In this document: piece by piece, positions 1 through 9,923 of the stretch | Layout: every line of letters begins with the position of its first letter | Position numbering within the stretch: the stretch's first letter is position 1 | NCBI GenBank assembly: GCA_004295105.1 | Contig: SHNC01000215.1 | Coordinates: forward strand, 71,879-135,878 | Reading direction: 5' to 3' | DNA from: Betaproteobacteria bacterium | GTDB lineage: Bacteria > Pseudomonadota > Gammaproteobacteria > Burkholderiales > Rhodocyclaceae | DNA length: 64,000 bases | Notes under the pieces: model-generated | The model's database searches: none | Told to the model about the DNA's origin: nothing | The model's input: only the letters and a program-made list of their open reading frames with translations | Program-made: the position numbers and the translations under genes

Positions 1-1
1 C

Positions 2-172
2 CTCGGAGATGTGTTCACGAAACTGGAGTCGGCGGCCGCGAGCGGCCAAGCAGAGCAGCTCGACGTGCTCATGCCCATTCTGAGCGCTGAAGCCGACGCC
101 GCCATCGAGTGGGTCGGGGTGCAGATAGGCCAGATCGGGGCATCCGCTCAAGTCGATGGTGCGAAACCCTAA
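2..172 (+). CDS. C-terminal end of a CDS entering from the left, possibly an Hpt (histidine phosphotransfer)-like helical domain
   Basis: Open frame from position 2 to TAA at 170-172: LGDVFTKLESAAASGQAEQLDVLMPILSAEADAAIEWVGVQIG... The amphipathic helical pattern resembles Hpt C-termini. Partial, so the identity is a guess. Confidence 0.35.
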   Translation, partial: LGDVFTKLESAAASGQAEQLDVLMPILSAEADAAIEWVGVQIGQIGASAQVDGAKP

Positions 173-331
173 GCGTGTGGGCGCCCCGGAATCGTGAAGT
201 CTGAAGTCTTTTGACGGTCTGCTCGCGGGTACTGTGAAACCGGTCCGAGCCGCCTTGAAGACTGATCCTTCTGCAAGGATCGCCTTCGCATAGTGACCGG
301 GATCCGGGATCTGCGAGAAGCGCCAAGTCGG

Positions 332-1312
332 TCACGCTGCCGCGCACCGACGACGCATCGCCAGTTCGTTGTGGATCATCTGCATCGCCGTGCCGATGAT
401 TCGCTCCACGATGCTGCCGTAGTGTGGTCGCCCGAGCGGACCATAGTCCAACCGGATGCCGTGCTGCTCGCAGCCACGGCGCAGCGCCTCGCTCTTGAAT
501 TCGACCGCGTTGTCCAGGTAGAGCAGCATGGGCTTGCCGCTCATCGGCCAGTCCATTTCCACGTTCAGTTTTTCCAGCCAAGGGCGCTTGTCACAGGCGA
601 CATGTACGAGGCACAGACCGGCGGAGACGGCGGACGGCGCGTCCAACGTGACCACCATGCCGAACACGCAACGGGTGAACACGTCGATGGCGATGGTGAG
701 ATACGGGCGACCAATCGGCTGCCGGTCGCGCTCGTCCCCTACGATCAGGTCGATGACCGTGTGGTCGATCTGAACCTGCTCCAGCGGTGCGGTCACGGCG
801 GGCGGCTCGCCGCCGGCACCCTGCAGGTCGCGGGACGCATCCTCGTCTTCCCGGCGGCGAGTGGCCTTGCGCGGATCGAGGCTGGCGATTCGCGGCGCCA
901 CGTTGTTGCGCGCCGGCACCCGCAGCTTTTGCGCTTTGCACGCCTGCGCGACCTCGCGATGAAGCGCCGCCAGACTACGCCGCTGCTTGGTCAGGAAGCG
1001 CTTTTGCAACAGCTCGCGGATGATGCGTTCGACCGGCTCCGGCAGACGCCCCTTGCCTTTCCCGCCACCGGATCGGCCGCGAGCCAGGTCCGTAACCAGC
1101 CCCCCGCCATGTCGGGCGCGGCGGATCAGCACATACACCTGCCGACTGGACAAGCCAAGCGCTTGAGCGGCGGCATCGGCGGCTTCATGCCCGACCACCT
1201 CAAGCGCTGCCAGTGGTCCGACGATTTCCGCCCGGTGCCGGGCCTGCGCCCATGCCTCGTCGGGCAGCGTAGCCACACCATGCTCGGCAATCGGTGATGT
1301 GTCTGACGCCAT
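332..1312 (-). pseudogene. tniA: Truncated TniA DDE transposase (Tn402/Tn5053 family)
   Basis: MASDTSPIAEHGVATLPDEAW...QVQIDHTVID...IDVFTRC...LYLDNA...IVERIIGTAMQMIHNEL matches the TniA N-terminal and catalytic region as I recall it. After MQMIHxEL the frame runs into unrelated sequence and stops, so the C-terminal ~40% is missing. Confidence 0.9.
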
Positions 1313-1455
1313 GCTCACACCTCGCTTTGGTGCACACGAGTATTGAGCATAGTCGAGCTGGGTGCAGGTGACTTCTGATATTGCGCTGTCAGGAGCCGCC
1401 TGCACAACGGTCGTTGCGGCCAATCAGTTGGTGCAGTCGTCTTCTGAAACTGACA
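361..1455 (-). mobile_element. Remnant of a Tn402/Tn5053-family transposon (IRt end plus 5' part of tniA)
   Basis: Terminal IR at 1431-1455, internal TniA-binding repeats and a tniA 5' portion. TniA similarity stops abruptly near 361. No tniB, tniQ or tniR. Confidence 0.88.
1328..1455 (-). repeat. IRt end: 25-bp terminal inverted repeat (1431-1455) plus internal 19-bp TniA-binding repeats
   Basis: Minus strand reads TGTCAGTTTCAGAAGACGACTGCAC (Tn402/Tn5053 IR type), followed by related copies TCAGAAGTCACCTGCACC (~1361-1378) and TCAATACTCGTGTGCACCA (1328-1346). Confidence 0.88.
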
Positions 1456-1814
1456 CCAAGGACGCAGGCTTGGCGAATGTCCAGACCGAGGTTCGTGACT
1501 TCGTCGACCATGGCACGGGGGTGCCGGATAGCTCGCAGGGGCATGTCATGGTCTTCAATCTGCTGCATATCGAAGACCCGCTGGCACTGCTGCGCGAAGC
1601 ACATCGAGCCCTTAAGCCTGGCGGTTTCCTCTCGGTGATTCACTGGCGCAGCGACCTCGATACGCCGCGCGGACCGCCACTCGCTCTCCGGCCCAAGCAG
1701 GAACAATGTGCAGGCCGGCTCGCCGAGGCCGGATTCCATTCGGTTCTTCAAGAGGACCTCGGCTCTTCGGCGCCGTATCAGTTCGGGATCCTGGCAAGGC
1801 GGGCAGCCCGCTGA
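1456..1814 (+). pseudogene. 3' remnant of a class I SAM-dependent methyltransferase; the 5' part is replaced by the transposon end
   Basis: AGLANVQTEVRDF...HVMVFNLLHIEDPLALLREAHRALKPGGFLSVIHW is a typical methyltransferase C-terminal half. It begins immediately after the IR and has no glycine-rich SAM motif. Confidence 0.7.
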
Positions 1815-2073
1815 CCTTCCCTGCAGGCCTGTTGAGCCCGAGCAGCAGTTGATCAACCCTCTCCTGCCTCGCACGCGGGACAGGGGCAGCGATGGATGGC
1901 ACGGGTAGGACGGGCACCCGTCTCCGATGGTGTCGATCGGCCCCCTATGCGCACATACCTGACACGGAAGGTGTGCGAGCAGCTGGGCGCACAACGGAAA
2001 TCGGCCCCGAAGGGCCGCGGAAGAACGAACTGAAGGACCGGCGACCCGAAGGCCGCCGGCGTGGGGTGGTGGA

Positions 2074-4347
2074 TCAGGCCCCAACGAGTTGCCGGGCCAG
2101 GGCCACCTCGACGGAATCCCCGTCTTGATTCAGGACATCGAGCCCCGATTCGGGCACGTCTCCCGACGTGCTTTGCGAGACCATGATCTTCCTCGCCATC
2201 AACCCGAGGCAGGTCATCTGCGAGGAGTTGGCATAGCCGAGGTAGATCACGCGCACCGGCTGCTTCTGGCCGATGCGCCAGGAGCGCCGGGCGGCCTGCT
2301 GCAACGAATACACGTTGTAGCCCGACTGCATGAACACGATCGTCGGGAACTCCAACAGGTCCAGGCCAGTTTTCACCAGCTCGGGATTGGTGATGAGCAC
2401 GTCGATGCCACGGTCCAACTGCTCGGCGATCCAGTCCTCGCGGCGGGCGGCATCCACGCTTGCGCGCAGCACCGCCACCTTGAAGCCTTCCTGCTCCAGC
2501 AGCACCTTCAGGCGCGACGTGGTGTCGCGCGTGCCGGTGTAGACCGAATAGACCAGGGTCTTGCGCCCTTCCGCCTTCTCCTGCCTGCAGATCTCGATCA
2601 GCTCGCGTTCCTTGGGCATCACTTCCAGCTCGTTGAACTGAGCCGGCACGAACGCCAAGGTGTTGCGCGTGCGTGGATGCACTACCGTCTCCGACCGGAA
2701 GCAGCAATCCGGCCAGGCCAGCAGGACATTGAGGACCACACCGAGCAGCGTCGTGTCGCGCCTTGCCAGGGCCTGCTTCAGCTCCTGGGTCAGCCGACCT
2801 GCCAGATCGCGGTAGGCCGCGGCTTGTGCCGTGTCCATCGCGACTTCGCGGAACTCCTCGTCGTAGGGCGGCAGCACGTTGCCACCGATGTCCTTCAACT
2901 TGAGGAAGACCGTAAACGGCAGGACGCAACGCAGCACGCCCTTCGGACCAAAGCCAGGCGCCTTGACCGTGCGCACCGATACCTTGGTGCCCTTGGCCGT
3001 CTTGTGCGCCGTGCCGGTGCTCTCGGAATAGATATCCTTGAGCACGCCGTGATCGCGCATGAACGCCATCGCCGCCGACGTCATGCTCCCGCTCTTCGTC
3101 GGCCGGTAGCCGTCTTCGATCATCCGGCCCGGCAGGGCTCGGAACAGCAGGTGGAACAGGTCGTCGCCGTAACCGCCCATCAGTGTGCCGGTGAGCAACA
3201 GCGTCCTGCGCGCCTTGGCCGCCAACACCCCCATGGCCTGGCCCTGTGCAGAGCCGCCGTTCTTGTACTCGTGCGCCTCGTCGGCGATGAGCAGGTCGAA
3301 CGTACCTTGGGGAAGCTGCCTCTTGATGAACTCGGACGGCTGGTAGCCGCCCTCGCCGAAGCCGAATTCCATGCTGGCCATCGCACGTTCCATCCGGTGC
3401 GCCTGACGATCCGAGAAGACCAGCTCACCGCGGTCGTCCATCAGGTTGATGAACTCGTGGATGTTGTCCCCGAGCATCGACGCGAGGAACGCATCGCCGA
3501 ACTTCTGCATCAGCTTCTGCGCGGTGACTTCCCCGATGGTCGGGATGCGCTTCAGGGCTTTAAGGACGGCGGAGGACTGGTCACTGGCGGACAGGCCCCT
3601 CGGGCGGATCAGCGTCCACAGCGGTGCGGCGCAGTTGCTGCACTTGCGGCGAACCTCGTCGGCTTCCAGCTCGACCGGGTTGATCGGCTCACCATCGAGG
3701 TCGATGATGATGTGACCGCAACCCGGGCACGCGCCCACGTCTCCGTGGGGCGTCCGCCGCCGGGTGAAGACGGGCTTCCAGTGGAAGCCCATCCGCATCC
3801 GCACACGGCCCAGGACGAAGAACTCCTGACCCTGCGCCGGCACGCCCAACTGCTCGCGCAGCTTCAGCAGCTTGACCAGTGTGTCCGGGCCATTGAGCAC
3901 CCAGACCTTGGCGCCGGCCACCGTCTCCTGGATTTCGCGTCGCCACTTGTAGACCAGGTGGGGTGGCGAGAGCACCAGGGTGCGGCGGTAGCCTTCGGCG
4001 TTGAGCACGGCGGCCGCGGCAATACCGACGGTCGTCTTGCCGCAGCCCATCTCGCCGTTGACGATGGCGGCACGTTCGCCGCGGTCGGCCAGCAGCTCCG
4101 TGACGGCATGGACCACATTGGCTTGCGCCTGGAACAGGTTGCGCTTGAGACCCGCGAGGACGATTTGGCGATGCGCCCGCGGCTGGCCGGTGTAGACCGG
4201 GGGATTGGCGCGGTTCAGCGAATCGAGCAGCTCGTCGCCGAACTCCGATACGAAGTCCTGCAGGCTCAGCGTGAGGGGTGAAGCAGCCGCTTCGAGCAGG
4301 TCACCCTGCGCAGCGGTTTCGGGAACGGCTTCAGGATCGAGGGACAT
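2074..4347 (-). CDS. SF2 (SNF2/DEAH-like) helicase of the ICE backbone
   Basis: Motif I NGEMGCGKT, motif II IADEAH, LLLTGT and C-terminal QAARRSWRIGQ; Zn-finger CPGC...CSNC. ATG at 4347 follows GGAG. Confidence 0.9.
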   Translation of the reverse strand: MSLDPEAVPETAAQGDLLEAAASPLTLSLQDFVSEFGDELLDSLNRANPPVYTGQPRAHRQIVLAGLKRNLFQAQANVVHAVTELLADRGERAAIVNGEMGCGKTTVGIAAAAVLNAEGYRRTLVLSPPHLVYKWRREIQETVAGAKVWVLNGPDTLVKLLKLREQLGVPAQGQEFFVLGRVRMRMGFHWKPVFTRRRTPHGDVGACPGCGHIIIDLDGEPINPVELEADEVRRKCSNCAAPLWTLIRPRGLSASDQSSAVLKALKRIPTIGEVTAQKLMQKFGDAFLASMLGDNIHEFINLMDDRGELVFSDRQAHRMERAMASMEFGFGEGGYQPSEFIKRQLPQGTFDLLIADEAHEYKNGGSAQGQAMGVLAAKARRTLLLTGTLMGGYGDDLFHLLFRALPGRMIEDGYRPTKSGSMTSAAMAFMRDHGVLKDIYSESTGTAHKTAKGTKVSVRTVKAPGFGPKGVLRCVLPFTVFLKLKDIGGNVLPPYDEEFREVAMDTAQAAAYRDLAGRLTQELKQALARRDTTLLGVVLNVLLAWPDCCFRSETVVHPRTRNTLAFVPAQFNELEVMPKERELIEICRQEKAEGRKTLVYSVYTGTRDTTSRLKVLLEQEGFKVAVLRASVDAARREDWIAEQLDRGIDVLITNPELVKTGLDLLEFPTIVFMQSGYNVYSLQQAARRSWRIGQKQPVRVIYLGYANSSQMTCLGLMARKIMVSQSTSGDVPESGLDVLNQDGDSVEVALARQLVGA

Positions 4348-4446
4348 GGTGATGCTCCAAGGTGAAGGGGCATGCACCTCCCCCAAGGGGCGATGACATG
4401 CCCCAGCGTGGGAAGAAAAAAGACGGGGCAAGGCCGTCGAGGTGGA

Positions 4447-4752
4447 TCAATACTCGCTGGGCAGCAGCAGCGTGGTGACGCTGCGATCCCATTCGGTGAT
4501 GATCCAGAGCTTCAGGCCGGGCGTGACCTGGTAGGACGAGAACAGACGTTCCTCGCCGGACTTCAGTGCGGCGTCGTTCAGTTGCCGGTCGTCATCGCAC
4601 AGGTCGCCCCAGTCGCCATGAAGATGGCGGCGCAGGTACGGCGCGGGATTGAGCCGGCCCTGTCGGACCAGTTCGTCGATGCCGATGGTCATGACCACCT
4701 GTCCAGGGGAAAAGCGTGCTTGCGATGCGAAGTTGAGGATTGCGAGTGCCAT
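4447..4752 (-). CDS. Conserved ICE/plasmid hypothetical protein (RHxxGDWG...ITEWDRSVTTLLLPSEY family)
   Basis: 101 aa from MALAILNF; recognisable family motif and backbone position. Confidence 0.8.
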   Translation of the reverse strand: MALAILNFASQARFSPGQVVMTIGIDELVRQGRLNPAPYLRRHLHGDWGDLCDDDRQLNDAALKSGEERLFSSYQVTPGLKLWIITEWDRSVTTLLLPSEY

Positions 4753-4852
4753 GGTGATTTCTCTTTGCGGAAAAGCGGGCCACGGCACCCCTTCGGGGCG
4801 ACATGACCCCGGTGGGTGAAAAGCATGACGGCGAACCGTCAGGGAACAACAA

Positions 4853-5962
4853 TCAGCGGATGGTCAGCACCTCGCCCCGTGTCGGGGAACCTGGCGTCAT
4901 GTCCCAGGCGCGGATGACCGGCACGAACTTGTCGGTGAGGATGCGCGTTTCGGCGACAGAGCCGTCGTCGCGTTCGGTGTATTCCGTCTGGAGGGTTTTC
5001 TCCTTGTGGGTATCACCTTTGACGACGAGCACGCGCCCGGTCCTGGAGCTCACCGCGCCCGAGATCGCGCCCGCGGCCAAGGCAAGGGCGAGATGCCAGT
5101 GGGACAAGGCCCGCGCCGGCGGGCGCAGCGACTGCTGCGCGGCGCCCAAGTGCGTGTCGAGCGCCGGCCAGAGCCCTTGCAACCGGCCGACTTCGTCGGC
5201 GAACTGCTCGGGTTCCATCGTCACGCGATAGAAGTGCTCCGGCTCGGCCGGGCTGGCGGGGACCGTGTACGGCAGGAACGGCCATTCCAGCGGCAGCTCC
5301 TCGGCGTCGGCGTCGCCTTGCCCGATCTGCAGCAGCAGACCGCGGACGGCCTTGGCCGAATCCGATGTCTGGTCGCGCTGGCGAACCCGACGACCGAAGA
5401 CCACCACCTGCCTGAATTGCGTTTCCACCGCTCGATAGATGCGCAGGTCGGCGAAGTGCCGCGTCAGCCATCCGACCAGCTCGGCATCGAGCACGTAGGA
5501 CGGCACGATGAAGACCAGCACGCCGCCGTATTGCAGCAGCGGCAGCGCACGCTGATAGAAAAGCTTCTCCAGCCTGGCGCGGCCCTGGCCCTGGTAGCCG
5601 ATGTTGCCATTGGCGTCCTTGGATAGGTCGCCATACGGCGGGTTGAGCCACAGCAGGCCAAAGGTCTGGCGTGAGATCAGCGTGTCCATCAGGTCACCGT
5701 GGATGCAGCGATCGACCAGTTGGCGTGCGTGGCGGGCACGCTCGGCGTCGTACTCGACGGCAAAGGCCTGGACCTGCCCGCGCCCGAGGGCGTGGGCCGC
5801 TTCGGCGATCGCCACGCCTTCGCCAGCGCAGGGATCGAGGATGCACATCGGGCCGTCCGCGGGCGCCAGTGCGGTGAGCGCTCTTTCGAGCGTGGATTCA
5901 TCAGTGGGGAAGTACCCGCTCTTCACAAAATTGCGGGCGAGCCGCGGGAACATGAGTGCCAT
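4853..5962 (-). CDS. Class I SAM-dependent, probably N6-adenine, DNA methyltransferase (DUF6094-type)
   Basis: Motif I ILDPCAGEG and motif IV LWLNPPY; starts MALMFPRLARNF at ATG 5962. Confidence 0.85.
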   Translation of the reverse strand: MALMFPRLARNFVKSGYFPTDESTLERALTALAPADGPMCILDPCAGEGVAIAEAAHALGRGQVQAFAVEYDAERARHARQLVDRCIHGDLMDTLISRQTFGLLWLNPPYGDLSKDANGNIGYQGQGRARLEKLFYQRALPLLQYGGVLVFIVPSYVLDAELVGWLTRHFADLRIYRAVETQFRQVVVFGRRVRQRDQTSDSAKAVRGLLLQIGQGDADAEELPLEWPFLPYTVPASPAEPEHFYRVTMEPEQFADEVGRLQGLWPALDTHLGAAQQSLRPPARALSHWHLALALAAGAISGAVSSRTGRVLVVKGDTHKEKTLQTEYTERDDGSVAETRILTDKFVPVIRAWDMTPGSPTRGEVLTIR

Positions 5963-6030
5963 GGGAATCTCCTGGGGCATGACGATGAAAGGAAGCGGAT
6001 ATGCGCGTGTGCATGTCCGGTACGAAGGCT

Positions 6031-6687
6031 TCAGGCCACCGCTTCGAGCGGCAGGTCGGAGGTGTTCGGGTGCCCGATGGCGTCTGTGGTGAGCACGTTG
6101 CTGCGGATCAGTCCGCCCAGCGCCTGGGTCAGCGCCGGAACATCGATAGCTAGCCGATGGCCTTCCAATGGCCCGAGGGCGAACGGAAGGCGGGTCAGCA
6201 TCGACTGCGCCTGCAACAGCTCCAGCACGATGTCGCGCCAGTGATCGAGCAGCGGCAGCGGGCAGGTATCCCGCACCAGCGACCACAGCCGGTCGAGCCG
6301 GTGTGCGGACTCGCGCGGCAGAAGTGCCAGCGCGCTGGCGTTGGCCTTGTCGGGCTTCACAGCGCGACGGTCGAACAGCCACACGTTGGTCAGCGAGCCG
6401 AACAGCGTGCGGCGGTAGGCGCGGGTAATGCGCTTCTCCAGGTTCTCGACGTTGCCGACGAAGACCGGAAGCGCGCCACCTTGCTCAGTGACGATGTGGA
6501 ACTGGTCCAGCCCCTGCGCATCCCGCCCGAGGGTCAGGCGAGCCAGAAACTCCTGGACGGCGGTGTCGCGCGCCCAGATCGAGAGAAAGACCAGGTTGCC
6601 GTGTTCGTCACCGACGCAGCCGTCGGCCATGAGGTCGGGGCACTCGTCGATGCGGTACAGCGTCTTGGAAGGATGGGTGGCAGGCAT
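6031..6687 (-). CDS. Conserved ICE hypothetical protein
   Basis: 218 aa (LSIWARDTAVQEFLARLTLG); RBS GAGGA; usual position upstream of the MTase. Confidence 0.8.
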   Translation of the reverse strand: MPATHPSKTLYRIDECPDLMADGCVGDEHGNLVFLSIWARDTAVQEFLARLTLGRDAQGLDQFHIVTEQGGALPVFVGNVENLEKRITRAYRRTLFGSLTNVWLFDRRAVKPDKANASALALLPRESAHRLDRLWSLVRDTCPLPLLDHWRDIVLELLQAQSMLTRLPFALGPLEGHRLAIDVPALTQALGGLIRSNVLTTDAIGHPNTSDLPLEAVA

Positions 6688-6793
6688 GGTGTTGTCCTCG
6701 AAGGAATCGGAGACAGCACGGCCCGCCGGGGCAGTCGCTGCCCCGAGGGGTGGAAGATAGGCGCCGGGAACGGACTGGTGAAGAGAGAGACCT

Positions 6794-6866
6794 GTGCGTC
6801 ACAACGCACCGTAGCCTTGAAGGTCTTGGCTACCTGGGCATGTTGTCGGCGTTGCCGACGGACATG
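6794..6866 (-). repeat. Structured leader element, copy A of 4
   Basis: Plus strand: GTGCGT-caca-ACGCAC, GTAGCC-ttgaaggtctt-GGCTAC, ctggg, CATG-tt-GTCGGC-gtt-GCCGAC-gga-CATG. Confidence 0.8.
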
Positions 6867-7300
6867 GGGGCAGATTGCTTCAGGTGATCTATGGGCCGTA
6901 GCGAAAACCCGATTTGCAAGGTGCCCCTTTTTGCCTGCTTGGCCCCGATACCTGAGGAGGGGGCTGGCCAGCAATACCATCGCTACAGTTCGCTGTAGCG
7001 TGGTTCGGGAATCCGGGCGAGACATAACGGCCGCGAAAATTGGGCGGGTGCAAATGGCGGACAAGCGATCGGGAACCGGTCGGCCGGCTGTGATGGCCGT
7101 CGGTCAAGTCGTCGGCCATGCTGCCGCTGACCAGACGTGTCGTTAGCGGCCGATCAGGATCACCGGTCGCTGACCGCAAAATTAGGCCCAGCGGAAGCTT
7201 CCATGACCAGCGAATTCACCCTTTACAGGGCGCGCGAAAAAGCCCTGGCCGAACGGTCTCGGCACAGGGCTTCGGCTTACCAGAAGGATGGTGGCGGCAA

Positions 7301-8629
7301 TCAGACGGCAGCCTGCTTCGCCCCCCATTCTCGCAGCGATTTCATCGCCCCTTCCAGGCGCCCTTGAACATCACGAAGCGGCGCGCAGTCCGGGTAGTGC
7401 TTGCTCAGGAGCCCACGGACTTGCACGAGGTCTGCGAGCAGTCGCTCGCGGACCGGTGCCGGCATGTCCTTCCGGAGTGGCATCGGCAAGGTTCCGTGGT
7501 AATACACGTCGAAGAAGCGCTCGCTGTCGAGTTCTGCCGCGGTGTACTCGGCTTGCAGCCATGAATCCAGCTTGGCCCGAACCTGCTCAACCCGCGCACG
7601 CACCCCCTCGCGGTTACCACAGAGGCCTACTATTCCCTTCAGTAGGGTTCCAACCTCCTCGTGGGTCTCGATGGGCATTCTTCCCTTGGGCATCCGGATC
7701 GTTCGGCCGAGGTCGTAGCCGATGATGCGCGTGGTCTCTGTGTCGCGGCACAGGAAGGGGTCTAGCGGTGCGATCGCACGGAGTCCCGCTTGTTGCTCCA
7801 GCAGCGAACGGAACGTTGGTCGGAATGGGCCGGATACCCCGGACCACTCCGCGAAAACGATCGGCGCCGGTGCGGATTCAAGCACCGCTCGAATAGCGTC
7901 GAAGTGCGCGGCGCTGGTCTCGTGCACAGCGACGAACATCAGGCTGCCGATGTCCGGTGCGTACATCCCTGGCCACGGGGCTTGCTCGATGCGGTATCCG
8001 TGCTGTGCTGCCCAGGCTGCCCGTCGGGCCAACTTCTCCGGTCCAATTGCGCCTTCATACGGTTCGTCGATCATCACTTCGATGCCGCGCTCGGGATCGA
8101 TCCAGTGCGTCGTGTGGTCGGCCGCCGGCAGTGACTCTGCAATCTTCGGTCGGAGAAGCCTACGCCCGTCGGCTGGACGCAGGCCCGTTGCTGCCATGAA
8201 CTGCAACTCGCGGGCGGCGAAACAAAGGGCTTGTCGGGCCGCATCCTGACCGCGATACATGGCCTTGCTTGCGAGGTGATCCGGTGCGCGGCCCCGGAAC
8301 TTGCCCAGGGCGCGACAGGCCCGCAGTTTCCTTGCGTCGATCAGCGATTGCCAGGGGCGCTCGAGACGCAGTTCCATCGTCTCGCGGCCTTCTGCGATGC
8401 TGCGCGGTTCGCGCCAGTATGCGGTGAGGAAGAGACTGTGCAGCGGCTTCGGCGGCTCTGCCCGCTCGTGGCCGAGTGTCGCCAATGCATTGCGGTAGTT
8501 CGCGTACCCGGCCTGCATCGAGGCGAGGTCGAGGGCGTTCGTATGCTGGATGCCTTCGCTCTTGCGCAGAGCATTGGCGAGGCGTTTGATACCGACGATG
8601 GTCGTCGGTCGAATGTCGTTGCCGATCAT
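7301..8629 (-). CDS. DUF5623-like protein of unknown function (accessory insertion in the ICE backbone)
   Basis: 442 aa; N-terminus IRPTTIVGIKRLANALRKSEGIQHTNALDLASMQAGYANY matches my recollection of DUF5623; ATG at 8629 follows GGGAG. Confidence 0.7.
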   Translation of the reverse strand: MIGNDIRPTTIVGIKRLANALRKSEGIQHTNALDLASMQAGYANYRNALATLGHERAEPPKPLHSLFLTAYWREPRSIAEGRETMELRLERPWQSLIDARKLRACRALGKFRGRAPDHLASKAMYRGQDAARQALCFAARELQFMAATGLRPADGRRLLRPKIAESLPAADHTTHWIDPERGIEVMIDEPYEGAIGPEKLARRAAWAAQHGYRIEQAPWPGMYAPDIGSLMFVAVHETSAAHFDAIRAVLESAPAPIVFAEWSGVSGPFRPTFRSLLEQQAGLRAIAPLDPFLCRDTETTRIIGYDLGRTIRMPKGRMPIETHEEVGTLLKGIVGLCGNREGVRARVEQVRAKLDSWLQAEYTAAELDSERFFDVYYHGTLPMPLRKDMPAPVRERLLADLVQVRGLLSKHYPDCAPLRDVQGRLEGAMKSLREWGAKQAAV

Positions 8630-8774
8630 GTTCAACTCCCGGCCCGAATCGTGACGTCACCCGCCAACCGCCATCCGAGCCAGAGGTCGCTCATGAGGGC
8701 CAAGAGATCGAAGGCAGCACTGTCAACAGCTTTGGTGAGACGGGTGCCCGGCTCCTGCCCGGAGCCGAGGCGCC

Positions 8775-8803
8775 ATTGTGCAACCCGAGCGCGTTAGGTG
8801 CAA
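8775..8803 (-). promoter_or_regulatory. Putative sigma70 promoter of the DUF5623-like gene
   Basis: Minus strand TTGCAC-N17-CACAAT, about 140 nt upstream of the ATG. Confidence 0.4.
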
Positions 8804-9005
8804 CTGGCCGCAGCTCTCAGCCCGCCTCGTACGCACTTTCGCTCACGGTACCGAGCACTGCGACGTAGGTGAGTCGCACTGCGGCGCACGCGGTATCGAG
8901 CAGCGCCTGGGCTGCATCACACGGCGGATAGGTCGAGGTAAACAGCACACGCTCTTCGGCGAAGAAAAAGCGGACCATGCCGCGATGGACACGATCCGCT
9001 TGGGG

Positions 9006-9833
9006 TCAGGCTTTCAGCTTGCGCAGGCCATCCGCGAGCAGCCAGAGCGCCCGGTTGAGCCGCACATTCTGGTCGATGCCCTGGACAGGCCGGGTGCGCT
9101 GCTGGCGCCCGTTGGCACTGCGGCCGCTCAGGCCGCCTTTGACGAGGTTCTCCTGGACCCGGTTGAATGTGGACCACAAGTCCGCATGGTTGTCGTCGAA
9201 GCGACGGGGACGCAGGAGCTGGCTTTCCGTGATCGGCAGGGTCCTGTCCGGTTCGTCGTACTTGAGGACCAGGGCCGAGCGGGCGAAGACCTCGGCCTCG
9301 CCGTCGTCGAGCGTGATGGCACGCATGCCGTCGCGCGAGTCCTGCACCTGTTCGAACCCGTCCAGCACCTCGTAGGCGCCCTCGATCACGTGATCGGTGA
9401 CGTTGCCCTTGTGAGGCACGCGCACGTCGGCGAACGTGTCGCCGCATACCAGGCCGTTCTGGCACACGAAACGGAACATGCCCGCCAGCATCTGGTAGCT
9501 GCTGGTGCCATCGTGCGAATTGAGCAGGATGATCTCGTTCGCCTCGGCGCCGTTGATCTGGCTCGCATGGCGAAGGCGCAGCATGTGCTTGGTGTAGTCG
9601 CGGCGGTCCTCCTGGCGCACGCGGGTCTGGCACACCATGAACGGCTGGAAGCCTTCCTTGCGCAGTTCGGTCAGCACAGCCGCCGTGGGAATGTAGCTGT
9701 ACCGCTCGGAGCGGCTTTCGTGCGGGGTGTCCGCGAAGATGGAGGGCGCGACGGTGCGAATCTGGTCGTCGGACAGTGGGTGATTCGACCGCAGCACCGG
9801 GGAGCGATGAGAAAAGCGGGACGCGAGTTGCAT
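9006..9833 (-). CDS. DUF932/DUF945 family protein
   Basis: PHESRSERYSYIPT...KHMLRLR...NSHDGTSSYQMLAGMFRFVCQNG...LWSTFNRVQENL; GGAG RBS. Confidence 0.92.
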   Translation of the reverse strand: MQLASRFSHRSPVLRSNHPLSDDQIRTVAPSIFADTPHESRSERYSYIPTAAVLTELRKEGFQPFMVCQTRVRQEDRRDYTKHMLRLRHASQINGAEANEIILLNSHDGTSSYQMLAGMFRFVCQNGLVCGDTFADVRVPHKGNVTDHVIEGAYEVLDGFEQVQDSRDGMRAITLDDGEAEVFARSALVLKYDEPDRTLPITESQLLRPRRFDDNHADLWSTFNRVQENLVKGGLSGRSANGRQQRTRPVQGIDQNVRLNRALWLLADGLRKLKA

Positions 9834-9923
9834 GACGATCTCCTTGAATGAGAGACCGGGGCCCCGCCCCACCGGGGAAGAACCCCGGCGGGTGGTGTAA
9901 CGCCGCTGACGCGACGGTGGGAA

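Noticed and set aside
1912-8750. 14-nt match CGGGCACCCGTCTC at ~1912 (+) and in the DUF5623 leader (~8737-8750, -)
   Set aside because: Some 14-nt matches are expected by chance in 64 kb of GC-rich DNA, and the similarity does not extend.
8825-8990. Possible ~53-aa minus-strand ORF (MVRFFFAEERVLFTSTYPP...) after DUF932
   Set aside because: No RBS or recognisable family; may be a gene fragment; cannot be supported.
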